DNA of 64,000 nucleotides from an uncultured Solirubrobacterales bacterium (GCA_963821345.1 CAWGDM010000003.1:39690-103689), one strand, 5' to 3'. Shown: positions 17,804 to 27,959, counted from the first letter of the stretch. The notes: generated by a model not told the origin, from the sequence alone. Translations and numbers: made by a program.

Positions 17804-18703
17804 ATGGCACGCGCACCGCGTTCGCTGAGGGGCAAGGTCGTTGCGATCACCGGCGGCGCCCGAGGGATCGGCAAGGCGACCGCGAGGGCGCTGGTGCTGA
17901 AGGGCGCCAAGGTCGCGATCGGCGACCTCGACCGCGAGCTCGCCGAGCAGACCGCGGCCGAGATCGGCGGCGAGACGCTGGCGCTGGAGCTCGACGTCAC
18001 CCGCCGCGATTCGTTCGAGGGCTTCCTCGACCAGGTCGAGGAGCGGCTCGGCTCGCTCGACGTGCTGGTCAACAACGCCGGGATCATGCCGCTGGGCAAG
18101 TTCGTCGAGGAGGACGACGAGACCGCGCACCGGCTGGTCGACATCAACGTGCACGGGGTCATGTACGGAATGAAGCTGGCGCTGCCGCGCATGCAGCGCC
18201 GCAACAGCGGCCACCTGGTCAACATCGCCTCGCAGGCGGGCAAGGGCGGCTTCCCCGGCGGCGCCACCTACTGCGGCACCAAGCACTTCGTGGTCGGGGT
18301 CTCCGAGGCTGTCCGCGCGGAGCTGATCGAGACCGAGATCGAGATCTCCTGCGTGATGCCGGCGGTCGTCAACACCGAGCTCGGCTCGGGCCTGACCGAG
18401 ACCCGGGCGATCAAGGTGCTGGAGCCCGAGGACGTCGCTGAGGCGATCGTCGGCGCGCTCGAGCGGCCGAAGTTCGACGTCTGGGTCCCGCGCGAGTCGG
18501 TCGGCATCTACAAGCTGATGACCCTGCTGCCGCGCGGCGGCCGCGAGGCGATCAGCCGGGCGCTGAAGGCCGACAAGGTGCTGATGGACACCGACGCCAA
18601 CGTCCGCGCCGCCTACGAGGACCGCGCCGCGCACTCCGAGCCCTCGCGCGACCCCGACCCGGTCGCGGACGAGAGCGAGACCGCGGACTCCGCCTCGAGC
18701 TAG
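17804..18703 (+). CDS. SDR family oxidoreductase
   Basis: TGGARGIGKA, NNAG, YCGTK motifs. AGGAGGAG RBS. Confidence 0.9.
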   Translation: MARAPRSLRGKVVAITGGARGIGKATARALVLKGAKVAIGDLDRELAEQTAAEIGGETLALELDVTRRDSFEGFLDQVEERLGSLDVLVNNAGIMPLGKFVEEDDETAHRLVDINVHGVMYGMKLALPRMQRRNSGHLVNIASQAGKGGFPGGATYCGTKHFVVGVSEAVRAELIETEIEISCVMPAVVNTELGSGLTETRAIKVLEPEDVAEAIVGALERPKFDVWVPRESVGIYKLMTLLPRGGREAISRALKADKVLMDTDANVRAAYEDRAAHSEPSRDPDPVADESETADSASS

Positions 18704-18711
18704 AGGCGTCA

Positions 18712-18736
18712 CGAGGGTCATCGCGCCTGACCCTCG
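18712..18736. terminator. Hairpin between convergent genes
   Basis: CGAGGGTCA-tcgcgcc-TGACCCTCG, a 9-bp stem with no clear U tract. Confidence 0.4.
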
Positions 18737-18743
18737 GCACGCC

Positions 18744-19442
18744 TCAGGCCGTAGACAACAGCGCCGCGAGCGCGAACCCGAGGACGGTCACCAGGCCGAC
18801 CTTGGTGCCGCCCTGGCGGAACGCCTTCGGCATCATCGTGTCGGCGAGCATGCAGAGGATCGCGCCGGCGGCGAAGGCGTTGATGAACCCGAGCGTGTTC
18901 CCGGTCGCGTCGCCGAGCAGTCCGTACCCGAGCCCGGCCGCGATTGCCGAGACGATGGCGATCCCGAGCCAGAGGCGGAAGATCCAGCCCCTCGGGTGAC
19001 CCGCCTTCTGCAGCCCGGTCGAGGCCGAGATCGACTCCGGCAGATTGGAGATGAAGACGGCGACCACGAACGAGACGCTGACGCCGCCACCGGTGACCAG
19101 CGTCAGGCCGATCGCCGCCGACTCGGGGATCCCGTCGAGCAGCGCGCCGAGGACGATCCCCTGCGGGTCGTCCTCGCCGCCGCCGCGACCGAGGGTGCGG
19201 TCGCCGAGGAAATAGACGAGGGCACCGGCGGCCAGCCCCAGCGCGGTCGCATCGCCGCCGCCCAGGTCGAGCGCCTCGGTGGTCAGGTCGAGTGAGATCG
19301 CGCTGATCAGGACCCCCGACCCGAACGCGATCACGAAGGCGATCTTGCGGTCGGAGATCGGTCGTCTCGGGACCAGTGCGATCGCCGCGCCGACGACCAG
19401 CGCGATCCCGCCGACCAGCCCCCAGAACGCGGCCTCGAGCAC
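18744..19442 (-). CDS. ZIP family metal transporter
   Basis: 232 aa multi-TM protein with LLDGIPESAAIG and ISNLPESI motifs typical of ZupT-like proteins. Confidence 0.7.
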   Translation of the reverse strand: MLEAAFWGLVGGIALVVGAAIALVPRRPISDRKIAFVIAFGSGVLISAISLDLTTEALDLGGGDATALGLAAGALVYFLGDRTLGRGGGEDDPQGIVLGALLDGIPESAAIGLTLVTGGGVSVSFVVAVFISNLPESISASTGLQKAGHPRGWIFRLWLGIAIVSAIAAGLGYGLLGDATGNTLGFINAFAAGAILCMLADTMMPKAFRQGGTKVGLVTVLGFALAALLSTA

Positions 19443-19448
19443 GGCGCG

Positions 19449-20771
19449 TCAGCCGACCACGGAGCGGCCGTGCGAGGCGCGCGCGGCGGCCTCGCGCAGC
19501 TCGTCGCGAAAGTCCGGGTGGGCGACCTCGGCCAGGGCCTCGCCGCGCTGGTGGACGGTCAGCCCCTGAAGCTCGGCGGCCCCGTGCTCGGTGACGATCA
19601 CGTCGACCTGATGGCGGGGCGTGGTGACGACGGCGCCGGGCTCGAAGTAGGGAACGATCCTCGAGCGCAGCTCGGCGTCGCGGGTGAACGTCGACGGCAG
19701 GCAGAGCAGCGAGCGGTCCTCGAGCGAGAGCGCCGGCCCGGCGATGAAGTCCTCGTGGCCGCCGATCCCCGAGTACTGGCTGCCGAGGATCGTGTCGGCG
19801 ATCACCTGGCCGTGGATGTCGACCGCGAGCGCGGCGTTGATCGTCACCATGGTCCGGTTGCGCCCGATCAGCTCCGGCGAGTTGACCACCTCCACCGGCA
19901 GGAAGGCGACCTGGTCGTTGCCGTCCAGCCACTCGTACAGGTCGGCGGAGCCGCCGGCGAAGGTGGCGACCGAGACGCCGTCGAACTGGCCCTTGCGGTT
20001 GGTCACCTTGCCGGCTTGGTGCAGGCGCATGAGGCCGTCGGTGAACATCTCCGAGTGGACCCCGTAGTCGCCGCCGTCGCCGTCGCCGAGCCGGCCGACG
20101 ATCGCCGATGGGATCGTCCCGATCCCGGTCTGCAGGGTGGCGCCGTCGGGGATGAAGCGGCGCGCGTGGGCGGCGATCGCCTCGTCGACCTCGGTCGGGT
20201 CCGGCGACGGCAGGGCGAAGGGCTCGGCATCGGATTCGACCAGCACGTCGATCTGATCGACGTGCAGGGCATGGCGGTGCTCGGGCGGCAGCCCGCTGGT
20301 GCGCGGGAAGTTCGGCGACACCTCGACGATCAGCAGCCGCTCATGGTCCGAGCCGGCGCGCTCCATCTCCTTGATGTTGGCGCCGGCGTGCAGCGAGAGG
20401 CTGCACCAGCCGGCGTCGTCCGGCGGCGCCGCCACCGTCGCCATCACCCGCGGCGCCTGCGCCTGCATCAACGGCTCGAAGCGGCGGAAGTCGGCCGGGG
20501 CGAAGCTGATGTTGGCGCCCTGGTCGCGCAGCGCCCGGTCGACCGGGCCGAAGAAACCCGAGAGGTAGTGGACGTTGGGGTGCATGTAGACCTCCGACCA
20601 GGCGAGCACCAGGGCGCCGTAGATCCGCAGGTCGGTCCAGTCGTCGCGGTCGCCGAGCGCCGCCATCAACGCCGGCGGCTGGCCGGTGCCCAGCGGGATG
20701 CCGAGCGCGTCGGCCGGCTGAAACAGACCGGCGGCCTCGGTGGGCGAAATCGGGTCGGGCACGGCGCCCAA
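19449..20771 (-). CDS. Acetyl-CoA hydrolase/transferase family protein (4-hydroxybutyrate CoA-transferase-like)
   Basis: LQTGIGTIPSAI, HSEMFTDG, INAALAVDIHGQV, GIGGHEDF motifs. Confidence 0.8.
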   Translation of the reverse strand: MGAVPDPISPTEAAGLFQPADALGIPLGTGQPPALMAALGDRDDWTDLRIYGALVLAWSEVYMHPNVHYLSGFFGPVDRALRDQGANISFAPADFRRFEPLMQAQAPRVMATVAAPPDDAGWCSLSLHAGANIKEMERAGSDHERLLIVEVSPNFPRTSGLPPEHRHALHVDQIDVLVESDAEPFALPSPDPTEVDEAIAAHARRFIPDGATLQTGIGTIPSAIVGRLGDGDGGDYGVHSEMFTDGLMRLHQAGKVTNRKGQFDGVSVATFAGGSADLYEWLDGNDQVAFLPVEVVNSPELIGRNRTMVTINAALAVDIHGQVIADTILGSQYSGIGGHEDFIAGPALSLEDRSLLCLPSTFTRDAELRSRIVPYFEPGAVVTTPRHQVDVIVTEHGAAELQGLTVHQRGEALAEVAHPDFRDELREAAARASHGRSVVG

Positions 20772-20790
20772 CCTATCCGCTGCGGACGCT

Positions 20791-21381
20791 TTAGTTGCGT
20801 AGTCCGGCGAGGATGATGCTGAGGTGCCTGTCCCAGGGCATCGTCGGGCGCCCGTCGTTGGCGCGTGCCGAGCGCCCCAGCCCGCAGATCAGGCTCGGCA
20901 CGTCCTCGGCGACGATGTCGGGCCGCAGCTGACCGCTTTCCTGTGCCCGGGCAACGACCTCGCCGGTGATCGCGAGGATCTCAGCCTTGTCGGCGGCTGC
21001 GCCGCAGAGCCCCGGACGCTGGTCCATCGCTTCCGACAGCGCCCGGTCCTCGGCCATCACCCGCGCGGAGTAGGTCATGAACTGGACGAAGCCGTCCCAC
21101 GGGTCCTCGACCTCGAGCGAATCGCGGGCGGCCTCGGCGAGCCCCTCGAAGCGGGCGTCGGCGAGCGCCTGCAGCAGGTCCTCCTTGGTCGGGAAGTGGC
21201 GGTAGACGGTGCCGACCCCGACCCCGGCGTCGCGAGCGATCTCGTCGATCTGCGCCTCGAGCCCGCTGCCGGCGAACTGGCGGTGCGCGGCCTCGAGCAC
21301 CCGGGCGCGGTTGCGGACCGCGTCGGCGCGCGGCTGTCGATTTGCCGCGGGCTCGTTCGTCTTTTCAGTGATGGAGGTCAC
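20791..21381 (-). CDS. TetR family transcriptional regulator
   Basis: N-terminal HTH IDEIARDAGVGVGTVYRHFPTKEDLL. Confidence 0.9.
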   Translation of the reverse strand: MTSITEKTNEPAANRQPRADAVRNRARVLEAAHRQFAGSGLEAQIDEIARDAGVGVGTVYRHFPTKEDLLQALADARFEGLAEAARDSLEVEDPWDGFVQFMTYSARVMAEDRALSEAMDQRPGLCGAAADKAEILAITGEVVARAQESGQLRPDIVAEDVPSLICGLGRSARANDGRPTMPWDRHLSIILAGLRN

Positions 21382-21387
21382 AACAAG

Positions 21388-21435
21388 CGGAATCGTGGTT
21401 CCGTATAGTTAAGCGAAACCGGAACTCAGGTTCCG
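21388..21435. promoter_or_regulatory. Two related inverted repeats (candidate TetR operators) in the divergent TetR/MFS intergenic region
   Basis: CGGAAtcgtgGTTCCG (21388-21403) and CGGAACtcagGTTCCG (21420-21435), in a locally AT-richer region. Confidence 0.5.
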
Positions 21436-21475
21436 AATTATCACACACATAGGGGACGACAGGAGGGCCAGGCAG

Positions 21476-22933
21476 ATGACCACAGCACAGGAATTCGAAC
21501 GCAGAAGGTGGATCGCGCTGGCGCTGTTGGCCGTGGCGCAGTTCGTCGTCGTCCTCGATGCCTCGATCGTCAACGTTGCCCTGCCGACGATCGGCGACGC
21601 GCTCTCCTTCTCCCAGGACAACCTCTCCTGGGTCGTCAACGCCTACGTGCTCACCTTCGGCGGCTTCCTGCTGCTCGGCGGGCGGCTCGCGGACCTGCTC
21701 GGACGTCGGCGGGTGTTCATGTCGGGCCTGGTCCTGTTCGCGCTCGCGTCGCTGGCCGGCGGCCTAGCCTCCAGCGACACGATGCTGATCGCGGCCCGCG
21801 CCGTCCAAGGGCTCGGCGCGGCGATCCTCTCGCCGGCCGCGCTCTCGATCGTCACCACCACCTTCCGCGACGGCTCCGAGCGCAACAAGGCGCTCGGCGT
21901 CTGGGGCGCGGTCGCCGGTGCCGGCGGCGCCGCGGGCGTGCTGCTCGGCGGCGTGCTGACCGAGTACCTGGGCTGGGAGTGGGTTCTGTGGGTGAACGTG
22001 CCGATCGGCATCGCGGCGGCCGCGCTGGCGCCCTCGCTGATCGCCGAGAGCCGCTCGGATTCCGAGAGCCGCGCCTTCGACTTCGGCGGCGCGATCACGG
22101 TCACCGCCGGCCTCGCGGCCCTGGTCTACGGCCTGGTCGAGGCGCCCGGCGCCGGCTGGGGCTCGGTCCAGACGGTCGGCCTGCTGGCCGCCGCCGCCGC
22201 CCTGTTCGCGGCCTTCTACGCGATCGAGCGGCGCTCGGACGCGCCCCTGGTCCCGTTCTCGATCTTCCGCCTACGGACGCTCACCGGCGCCAACGTGGTC
22301 GGGGTCCTGACCGGTGCCTCGCTGTTCTCGATGTTCTTCTTCATCTCGCTTTACATGCAGAACGTGCTCGGATACAGCGCGATCAAGGCGGGGATCTCGT
22401 ATCTGCCGCTGGCGGTCTCGATCATCGTCGCCGCGGGCGTCGCCTCGCAGCTGGTGACCCGGATCGGTTTCAAGCCGGTGCTGGCGGCCGGGATGGCGCT
22501 GATCTCGGCCGGCCTGTTGTGGTTCGGCCAGATCTCGGCCGACGGCGGCTTCGTCAGCGACCTGCTCGGACCGATGCTGCTCGCGGCGGTGGGCCTGGGC
22601 TTCTCGTTCGTGCCGCAGACGATCGCGGCGGTCTCGGGCGTCCGCGATCGCGAGGCGGGGCTGGCGAGCGGGCTGATCAACACCTCGCAGCAGGTGGGCG
22701 GGGCGCTCGGCCTCGCCTTGCTCTCGACCGTCGCCTTCCCGCAGATCGATGACGCCGCCGCGGCGTCGGGCGGCGCCCCGAGCCTGGCGGCGCTGACCCA
22801 GGGCTACAGCGACGCGTTCATGGTCGGCTCGCTGCTGGCGATGCTCGGGCTGGTCGCGACCCTGGTGTTGATCCGCGGTTCGGACAGCCGCGCGCACGTC
22901 CAGCTCGAGGCCGGGGTACCCGTGAGCGCCTAA
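21476..22933 (+). CDS. MFS transporter, DHA2 (EmrB/QacA) type
   Basis: 485 aa, about 14 TM segments. Motifs LDASIVNVALPTI and GRLADLLGRRRVF. Confidence 0.9.
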   Translation: MTTAQEFERRRWIALALLAVAQFVVVLDASIVNVALPTIGDALSFSQDNLSWVVNAYVLTFGGFLLLGGRLADLLGRRRVFMSGLVLFALASLAGGLASSDTMLIAARAVQGLGAAILSPAALSIVTTTFRDGSERNKALGVWGAVAGAGGAAGVLLGGVLTEYLGWEWVLWVNVPIGIAAAALAPSLIAESRSDSESRAFDFGGAITVTAGLAALVYGLVEAPGAGWGSVQTVGLLAAAAALFAAFYAIERRSDAPLVPFSIFRLRTLTGANVVGVLTGASLFSMFFFISLYMQNVLGYSAIKAGISYLPLAVSIIVAAGVASQLVTRIGFKPVLAAGMALISAGLLWFGQISADGGFVSDLLGPMLLAAVGLGFSFVPQTIAAVSGVRDREAGLASGLINTSQQVGGALGLALLSTVAFPQIDDAAAASGGAPSLAALTQGYSDAFMVGSLLAMLGLVATLVLIRGSDSRAHVQLEAGVPVSA

Positions 22934-23035
22934 AGCGGCTACGCTCCCGCCACTTCAAAACGTGCGTAGCAGTTCGCAGGCGTCCGTCCAGGGTTCCTTC
23001 GTACCGCGAGCACCTGAGTTTCCCCTGGAGGGACA

Positions 23036-23233
23036 ATGGCATCAGGCACAGTCAAGTGGTTCAACCACGAGAAGGGCTTCGGCTTCATCACTCCCGATGA
23101 CGCCGGCCGGGACCTGTTCGTTCACCAGAGCCAGGTCGAGGGCGGAGGCGCCCTGGCCGACGGCGCCAAGGTGGAGTTCGAGTCCGAGGAGAGCGACAAG
23201 GGCCCGCGCGCGGTCAACGTGCGCACGATCTAA
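23036..23233 (+). CDS. cspA: Cold-shock protein
   Basis: MASGTVKWFNHEKGFGFITPDD...LFVHQS, carrying the RNP1/RNP2 motifs. Confidence 0.95.
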   Translation: MASGTVKWFNHEKGFGFITPDDAGRDLFVHQSQVEGGGALADGAKVEFESEESDKGPRAVNVRTI

Positions 23234-23256
23234 GCCCGAGCGACTCCAAGTACCGA

Positions 23257-23291
23257 GGGGGCGGCGCCGTGACGGCGCCGCCCCCCTTTTT
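23257..23291 (+). terminator. Intrinsic terminator after csp
   Basis: GGGGGCGGCGCCG-tga-CGGCGCCGCCCCC, a 13-bp stem followed by a TTTTT tract. Confidence 0.75.
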
Positions 23292-24106
23292 CAGTCCGTC
23301 GGCACCGGCGTGATCACCGAGAACGCGGCGCCCTGCGGATCGGTGAGCACGGCGATCCGCCCGACGCCCTCGGCGTCGAAGGCGGGCGCGATCACCGAGC
23401 CACCGAGTTCCCCCGACTTGGCGACGGTCGCGTCACAGTCGGCGACGTTGAAATAGACGTTCCAGAACGGCGGCGCGCCCTCGGGCACGTTCGGGTTGGA
23501 CATCATCCCGCCGATGCTCGTGCCGCCCTCCTCGGGGGACGCCGACACCGGCTCGCCGTCGGTGTTGTGCCAGATCGTGTACTCGCCGCCGCCAAACGGC
23601 ATCGAGGTCGTCTTCCAGCCGAAGACCGTGCCGTAGAACTCCTTCGAGCCCTCGATATCGCGGGTGATCAGTTCGCTCCACGAGAACGTTCCGGGCTCGT
23701 TGACGAGCTCGGAGCCGATCATCTCCTTTGGCTGCCAGCACATGAAGAACGCGCCGGCCGGATCGGTGAACACGGCCATCCGCCCGGAGTCGAAGATGTC
23801 GAACGGCTCGCTGATCACCGTGCCGCCCGCGTCCTTCACGGACTCGGCGGTGGCGTCGGCATCCTCGACGGTGACGTAGGTGTTCCAGACCGGCGGCACG
23901 CCCTCCATCGGCTGCGACCCGCAGGCCGCGACCCGCTTGCCGCGCAGCATCGCCATGTGGTACTCGGCCTCCTCGCCGTCCGGCATCACGTCCTCCGTCT
24001 GCCAGCCGAACAGTCCGGAGTAGAAGCTCGCCGACGCGCCGGGGTCCGGCGAAGCGTTGTCGACCCAGCTCGGGGTCCCCGGCTCGTACTGGGTGCGCTC
24101 GCTCAT
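23291..24106 (-). CDS. VOC (glyoxalase/bleomycin-resistance) family protein, two-domain
   Basis: 271 aa starting MSERTQYEPGTPSWVD. Repeated FYxxxFGW modules. The rest of the 700-aa ORF 23291-25393 is shadow. Confidence 0.8.
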   Translation of the reverse strand: MSERTQYEPGTPSWVDNASPDPGASASFYSGLFGWQTEDVMPDGEEAEYHMAMLRGKRVAACGSQPMEGVPPVWNTYVTVEDADATAESVKDAGGTVISEPFDIFDSGRMAVFTDPAGAFFMCWQPKEMIGSELVNEPGTFSWSELITRDIEGSKEFYGTVFGWKTTSMPFGGGEYTIWHNTDGEPVSASPEEGGTSIGGMMSNPNVPEGAPPFWNVYFNVADCDATVAKSGELGGSVIAPAFDAEGVGRIAVLTDPQGAAFSVITPVPTD

Positions 24107-25113
24107 TCGCTCCTCCTCCTCGTCGTCTGCCCCGAGAGGGACTCTAGTCCCGCGCCCGCCGACCAGCCGCTGAGCCGCTCGCACTGGTCCCAGAGCCGGC
24201 GGCGATCGGCCGCCGACTCCCGCGTCCACGGCACCCGGTGCACGGCGCGCGGCTCTCGGTCGTGCCAGAACAGACCCGGGCGGTTGCCCGGTTCGGGCGC
24301 CGTCGAAAGCCAGACGACCGTGTCGGCGGCCTGCTCGGCGTCGCGCAGCAGGGGACGCATCAGCTTGCGAAACCGCGGCAGCGAGTCCTGCACCCCGGGC
24401 GTGTCGGCCCAGCCCGGATGCATCGAGTGGGCGCTGATCCCGGAGCCGCGCAGGCGCTCGGCCCAGAGTTCGGTGAGGATCACCTCGCAGCGCTTGGTGT
24501 GCGCGTAGAAGCCCGGCGGGTCGTAGTCGTGGCCTTCGAGCTGCAGGTCGTCGACCTCCAGCCGCCGCGTGTACATGCCCCCGGAGGAGACGTTGACGAT
24601 CCGCGACGGCGCCCCGCGCCGCAGCGTCTCGAGCAGCAGCCCGGTGAGCAGGAACGGGCCGAGGACGTTGGTGGCGAAGCCGAGCTCCAGGCCCTCGGTG
24701 GTATGGGTGCGCTCCGGGGGCATCACCCCGGCGTTGTTGATCAGCGCGTGCAGCTCGGGATGCTCGGCGGTGAAGCGGGCCGCGAACTCGCGCACCGCGG
24801 CCATGCTGGAGACGTCGCAGAGCTCGAGCACGAGGTCGTCGGAGCCGGTGCGCTCCGAGATCCGGGCGCGGGCGTCCTCGCCGCGGCCGCGGTCGCGGAC
24901 GAGCATGTGCACGGTGGCGCCGCGGCGGGCGAGCAGCTCGCAGGTCGCGGCGCCGATCCCGGCACTCGCGCCGGTGACCAGGAACGACCAGCCGTCGAGG
25001 CGCGCCTGCGAGTCCTGGTCGGGCCAGGAACGGCTGCGGACCGCGTAGCCGAACCGCGAGTAGCCGGGAACCACGGTCCAGTTCATCGAGCGGTCGAGCA
25101 GCGAGGAGAGCAC
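24103..25113 (-). CDS. SDR family oxidoreductase
   Basis: VTGASAGIGAAT, NNAGV, YAHTK. Its stop overlaps the VOC start (ATGA). The start could alternatively be ATG 25086. Confidence 0.8.
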   Translation of the reverse strand: MLSSLLDRSMNWTVVPGYSRFGYAVRSRSWPDQDSQARLDGWSFLVTGASAGIGAATCELLARRGATVHMLVRDRGRGEDARARISERTGSDDLVLELCDVSSMAAVREFAARFTAEHPELHALINNAGVMPPERTHTTEGLELGFATNVLGPFLLTGLLLETLRRGAPSRIVNVSSGGMYTRRLEVDDLQLEGHDYDPPGFYAHTKRCEVILTELWAERLRGSGISAHSMHPGWADTPGVQDSLPRFRKLMRPLLRDAEQAADTVVWLSTAPEPGNRPGLFWHDREPRAVHRVPWTRESAADRRRLWDQCERLSGWSAGAGLESLSGQTTRRRSE

Positions 25114-25199
25114 GGAGCAAACCTAGCTGGCCGGCGGGTGGCGGCCGCCCGCGCAAGCGAGCTGCCGCGGCGAGGAAAGGCGCCGCGCCCGTTGAAGGG

Positions 25200-26321
25200 G
25201 TGGGCGTGATGGCGGTGATGACACCGCGGGACCCGCTTGGGCGCGCGGCACTGCGGACGGTGCTGATCGTGGTCAGCGTCGCGCTCGCGCTGTACCTGAT
25301 CGTGCTCCTGCAGAAGCCGCTCACCTGGCTGGTGATCGCGGCGTTCATCGCGATCGCGATGTCGGGCCCGGTCAACGTGCTCGCCCGCCACATGAAGCGC
25401 GGCCTGGCGATCGCGCTCTCCTACACGGCCCTGGTGATGATCCCGATCGGTCTCGGGGCGCTGATCATCCCGTCGCTCGTCAGCCAGATCGAGGACTTCG
25501 CCGACAACGTCCCGCAGTACGCCCAGGACGTCACCGACTACGTCAACGACAACCAGACCCTCAACGATCTCAACGACAAGTACGACATCACCGGCGAGCT
25601 GCAGAGCGTGGCCGACGACCTGCCGAGCAAGATCGGCGACGCCGCCGGGGTGCTCCAGGACATTGGCGTCGGGGTGGTCAACTCGATTTTCGCCACGGTG
25701 ACGATCCTGATCCTCAGCGTGTTCATGGTCGGGGGTGGGCCGCGCTGGGCCGAGGCGTTCGTGAACTCCCAGACCCCGGACCGGCGAGACCGCATCGAAC
25801 GGGCGCTGCGCGACGTCGCCGACGCGATCGGCAACTACGTCGCCGGAGCCCTGGTCCAGGCAACCCTGGCAGGGGTCAGCGCGTTCATCGTGCTCAAGCT
25901 CCTCGGGGCGCCGTTCGCCGGCCCGCTGGCCCTGATCGTCGCCTTCTTCGACCTGATCCCGGTCGTCGGCGCGACGATCGCCGCGGTCTTCATCGCGGTC
26001 GTGATGCTGTTCGTCAACTTCCCGGTCGCGCTGATCATCTGGGTCGTCTGGGCGATCCTCTACCAGCAGATCGAGAACTATCTGATCCAGCCACAGATCC
26101 AGAAGCGGGCGGTTCAGGTGGAGCCGTTCATCGTCCTGGTCGCCGTCCTCTTCGGCTCGACCCTGTTCGGGGTGCTCGGCGCGGTGCTGGCGATCCCGAT
26201 CGCCGCCACCCTGCAGATCGCCTGGCGCGAGTACCGCGACTACCGCCGCGAGTCGCTAACCAGGCCGATCGACGGGCCACCGCTCACCGGGCCGCTCGAT
26301 GCCCCGGGCGTCCCGAGCTAG
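25200..26321 (+). CDS. AI-2E family transporter (PerM/UPF0118)
   Basis: 373 aa multi-TM protein with the FDLIPVVGATIAAV motif. Exact start is ambiguous (several in-frame GTG/ATG codons 25200-25215). Confidence 0.8.
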   Translation: MGVMAVMTPRDPLGRAALRTVLIVVSVALALYLIVLLQKPLTWLVIAAFIAIAMSGPVNVLARHMKRGLAIALSYTALVMIPIGLGALIIPSLVSQIEDFADNVPQYAQDVTDYVNDNQTLNDLNDKYDITGELQSVADDLPSKIGDAAGVLQDIGVGVVNSIFATVTILILSVFMVGGGPRWAEAFVNSQTPDRRDRIERALRDVADAIGNYVAGALVQATLAGVSAFIVLKLLGAPFAGPLALIVAFFDLIPVVGATIAAVFIAVVMLFVNFPVALIIWVVWAILYQQIENYLIQPQIQKRAVQVEPFIVLVAVLFGSTLFGVLGAVLAIPIAATLQIAWREYRDYRRESLTRPIDGPPLTGPLDAPGVPS

Positions 26322-26345
26322 AGGACTACATCTAGCCTTGCTGGC

Positions 26346-27533
26346 ATGACAGCGGGGCCGACGACGGCGCTTGGGATCGAGGCGATCGAGGCTGCCACCG
26401 AGACGATCGCCGGCCACATCAGGGAAACGCCGGTGCTCGCCGCCCGCGAGATCTCCAACCGGGTCGGGACCGCCGTCGGGCTGAAGGCCGAGAACCTTCA
26501 GCGAACCGGCTCGTTCAAGGTCCGCGGCGCGATCAACAAGGTCGCCGCTCTCGACCCGGCCGAGCTCGAGCGCGGCCTGATCGCCGCAAGCGCCGGCAAT
26601 CACGCGCAGGCGGTCGCGGTCGCGGCGCGCAGCCGCGACGCCCGCGCCCTGGTGGTGATGCCGGCCAACGCGCCGCTCGCCAAGGTCGAGGCAGTGCGCG
26701 GCTACGGCGCCGAGGTGCGGTTCGTCGAGGGCGGCTACGACGACGCGGCGGCGCTTGCCGGCGAGCTCGCGGAGCGCGAGCGGATGGTGTTGATCCCGCC
26801 CTTCGACGACCCGGCCGTGATCGCCGGCCAGGGTACGGTCGGGCTCGAGATCGCCGCCCAGCGCCCCGAGGTATCGACGGTCGTCGTCCCGATCGGCGGC
26901 GGCGGGCTCGCCGCGGGGATCGCGATCGCGATCAAGCAGCGATTGGCGTCCGTCCGCGTGATCGGCGTAGTCGCCGAGCGCCGCGCCGCCGGCACGATCT
27001 GCGACGGGATCGCGATCAAGACCCCGGGCGTGGTCACCGGTCCGCTGCTCGAGGCCCACGTCGACGAGCTCGTCTCGGTCACCGACGACGAGGTGGCGGA
27101 GGCGGTGGTTCTGCTGCTCGAGCGCTCGAAGCTGGTGGTCGAGGGTGCCGGCGCGGCCTCGGTCGCGGCCCTGCTCAGCGGGCGGGTCGACGCGTCGCCC
27201 GGCGGCGAGGTCTGCGCGGTGCTCTCCGGCGGCAACGTCGACGCCACTCGGCTGACCGAGTGCATCCGCATGGGCGAGACGGCAGCGGGCCGCAGGTTGG
27301 TGTTCTCGACCGTGGTCTCGGATCAGCCTGGCGAGCTCGCGCGGCTGCTGGAATCGGTCGCCGAGGCGGGCGCCAATGTGCTCGACGTCGCCCACCTCCG
27401 CGAGGGCGTCGACCTGCATGTCCGCGAGACCGGGATCAGGCTGGTGCTGCAGACCGACGGCGTCGAGCACGGCGAGCGGGTCGTTGCCGCGGTCCGCGAG
27501 CACGGCTTCGCCGCCGAGCCGGACGGCGGATGA
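26346..27533 (+). CDS. ilvA: Threonine ammonia-lyase (PLP-dependent, C-terminal ACT-like domain)
   Basis: GSFKVRGA PLP-lysine motif, SAGNHAQ, GGGGL loop, about 80-aa regulatory tail. Confidence 0.8.
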   Translation: MTAGPTTALGIEAIEAATETIAGHIRETPVLAAREISNRVGTAVGLKAENLQRTGSFKVRGAINKVAALDPAELERGLIAASAGNHAQAVAVAARSRDARALVVMPANAPLAKVEAVRGYGAEVRFVEGGYDDAAALAGELAERERMVLIPPFDDPAVIAGQGTVGLEIAAQRPEVSTVVVPIGGGGLAAGIAIAIKQRLASVRVIGVVAERRAAGTICDGIAIKTPGVVTGPLLEAHVDELVSVTDDEVAEAVVLLLERSKLVVEGAGAASVAALLSGRVDASPGGEVCAVLSGGNVDATRLTECIRMGETAAGRRLVFSTVVSDQPGELARLLESVAEAGANVLDVAHLREGVDLHVRETGIRLVLQTDGVEHGERVVAAVREHGFAAEPDGG

Positions 27534-27931
27534 GCGACGGGGTCGTCGCCGCGGCCGGAGGCGTGGTGATCAGAGATCAGGACGGCGAGTCGCGGGTTGC
27601 CGTCGTCCACCGCCCGCGCTACGACGACTGGTCGCTGCCCAAGGGAAAGCTCGAGCCCGGCGAGGAGTTCAGCGCCGCGGCGGTGCGCGAGGTGGAGGAA
27701 GAGACCGGGTTGCGCTGTGAGCTCGGGCGCGAGCTGCCGTCGGCGCGATACCGAGACCGCAAGGGACGGCCGAAGCTGGTCCGATGGTGGATGATGCGGC
27801 CGCTGGGCGGCGAGTTCGAGCCCGGCGACGAGGTGGACGAGTTGCGCTGGCTCGATCTCGACGCCGCGCTGGCGCTGCTCGACTACGAACACGACCGCGA
27901 GCTCATCCGGTCGCTGCCGGGCGCGGGCTGA
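27530..27931 (+). CDS. NUDIX hydrolase
   Basis: Nudix box GKLEPGEEFSAAAVREVEEETG. ATGA overlap with ilvA. Confidence 0.85.
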   Translation: MSDGVVAAAGGVVIRDQDGESRVAVVHRPRYDDWSLPKGKLEPGEEFSAAAVREVEEETGLRCELGRELPSARYRDRKGRPKLVRWWMMRPLGGEFEPGDEVDELRWLDLDAALALLDYEHDRELIRSLPGAG

Positions 27932-27959
27932 TCGGACGGTAGAACAAACGTCCAGTCGG

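Noticed and set aside
23291-25393. 700-aa ORF fusing the VOC gene to upstream sequence.
   Set aside because: The N-terminal roughly 430 residues are Arg/Ala/Pro-rich and overlap the SDR gene 24103-25113, which has clear motifs. The VOC gene starts at 24106.
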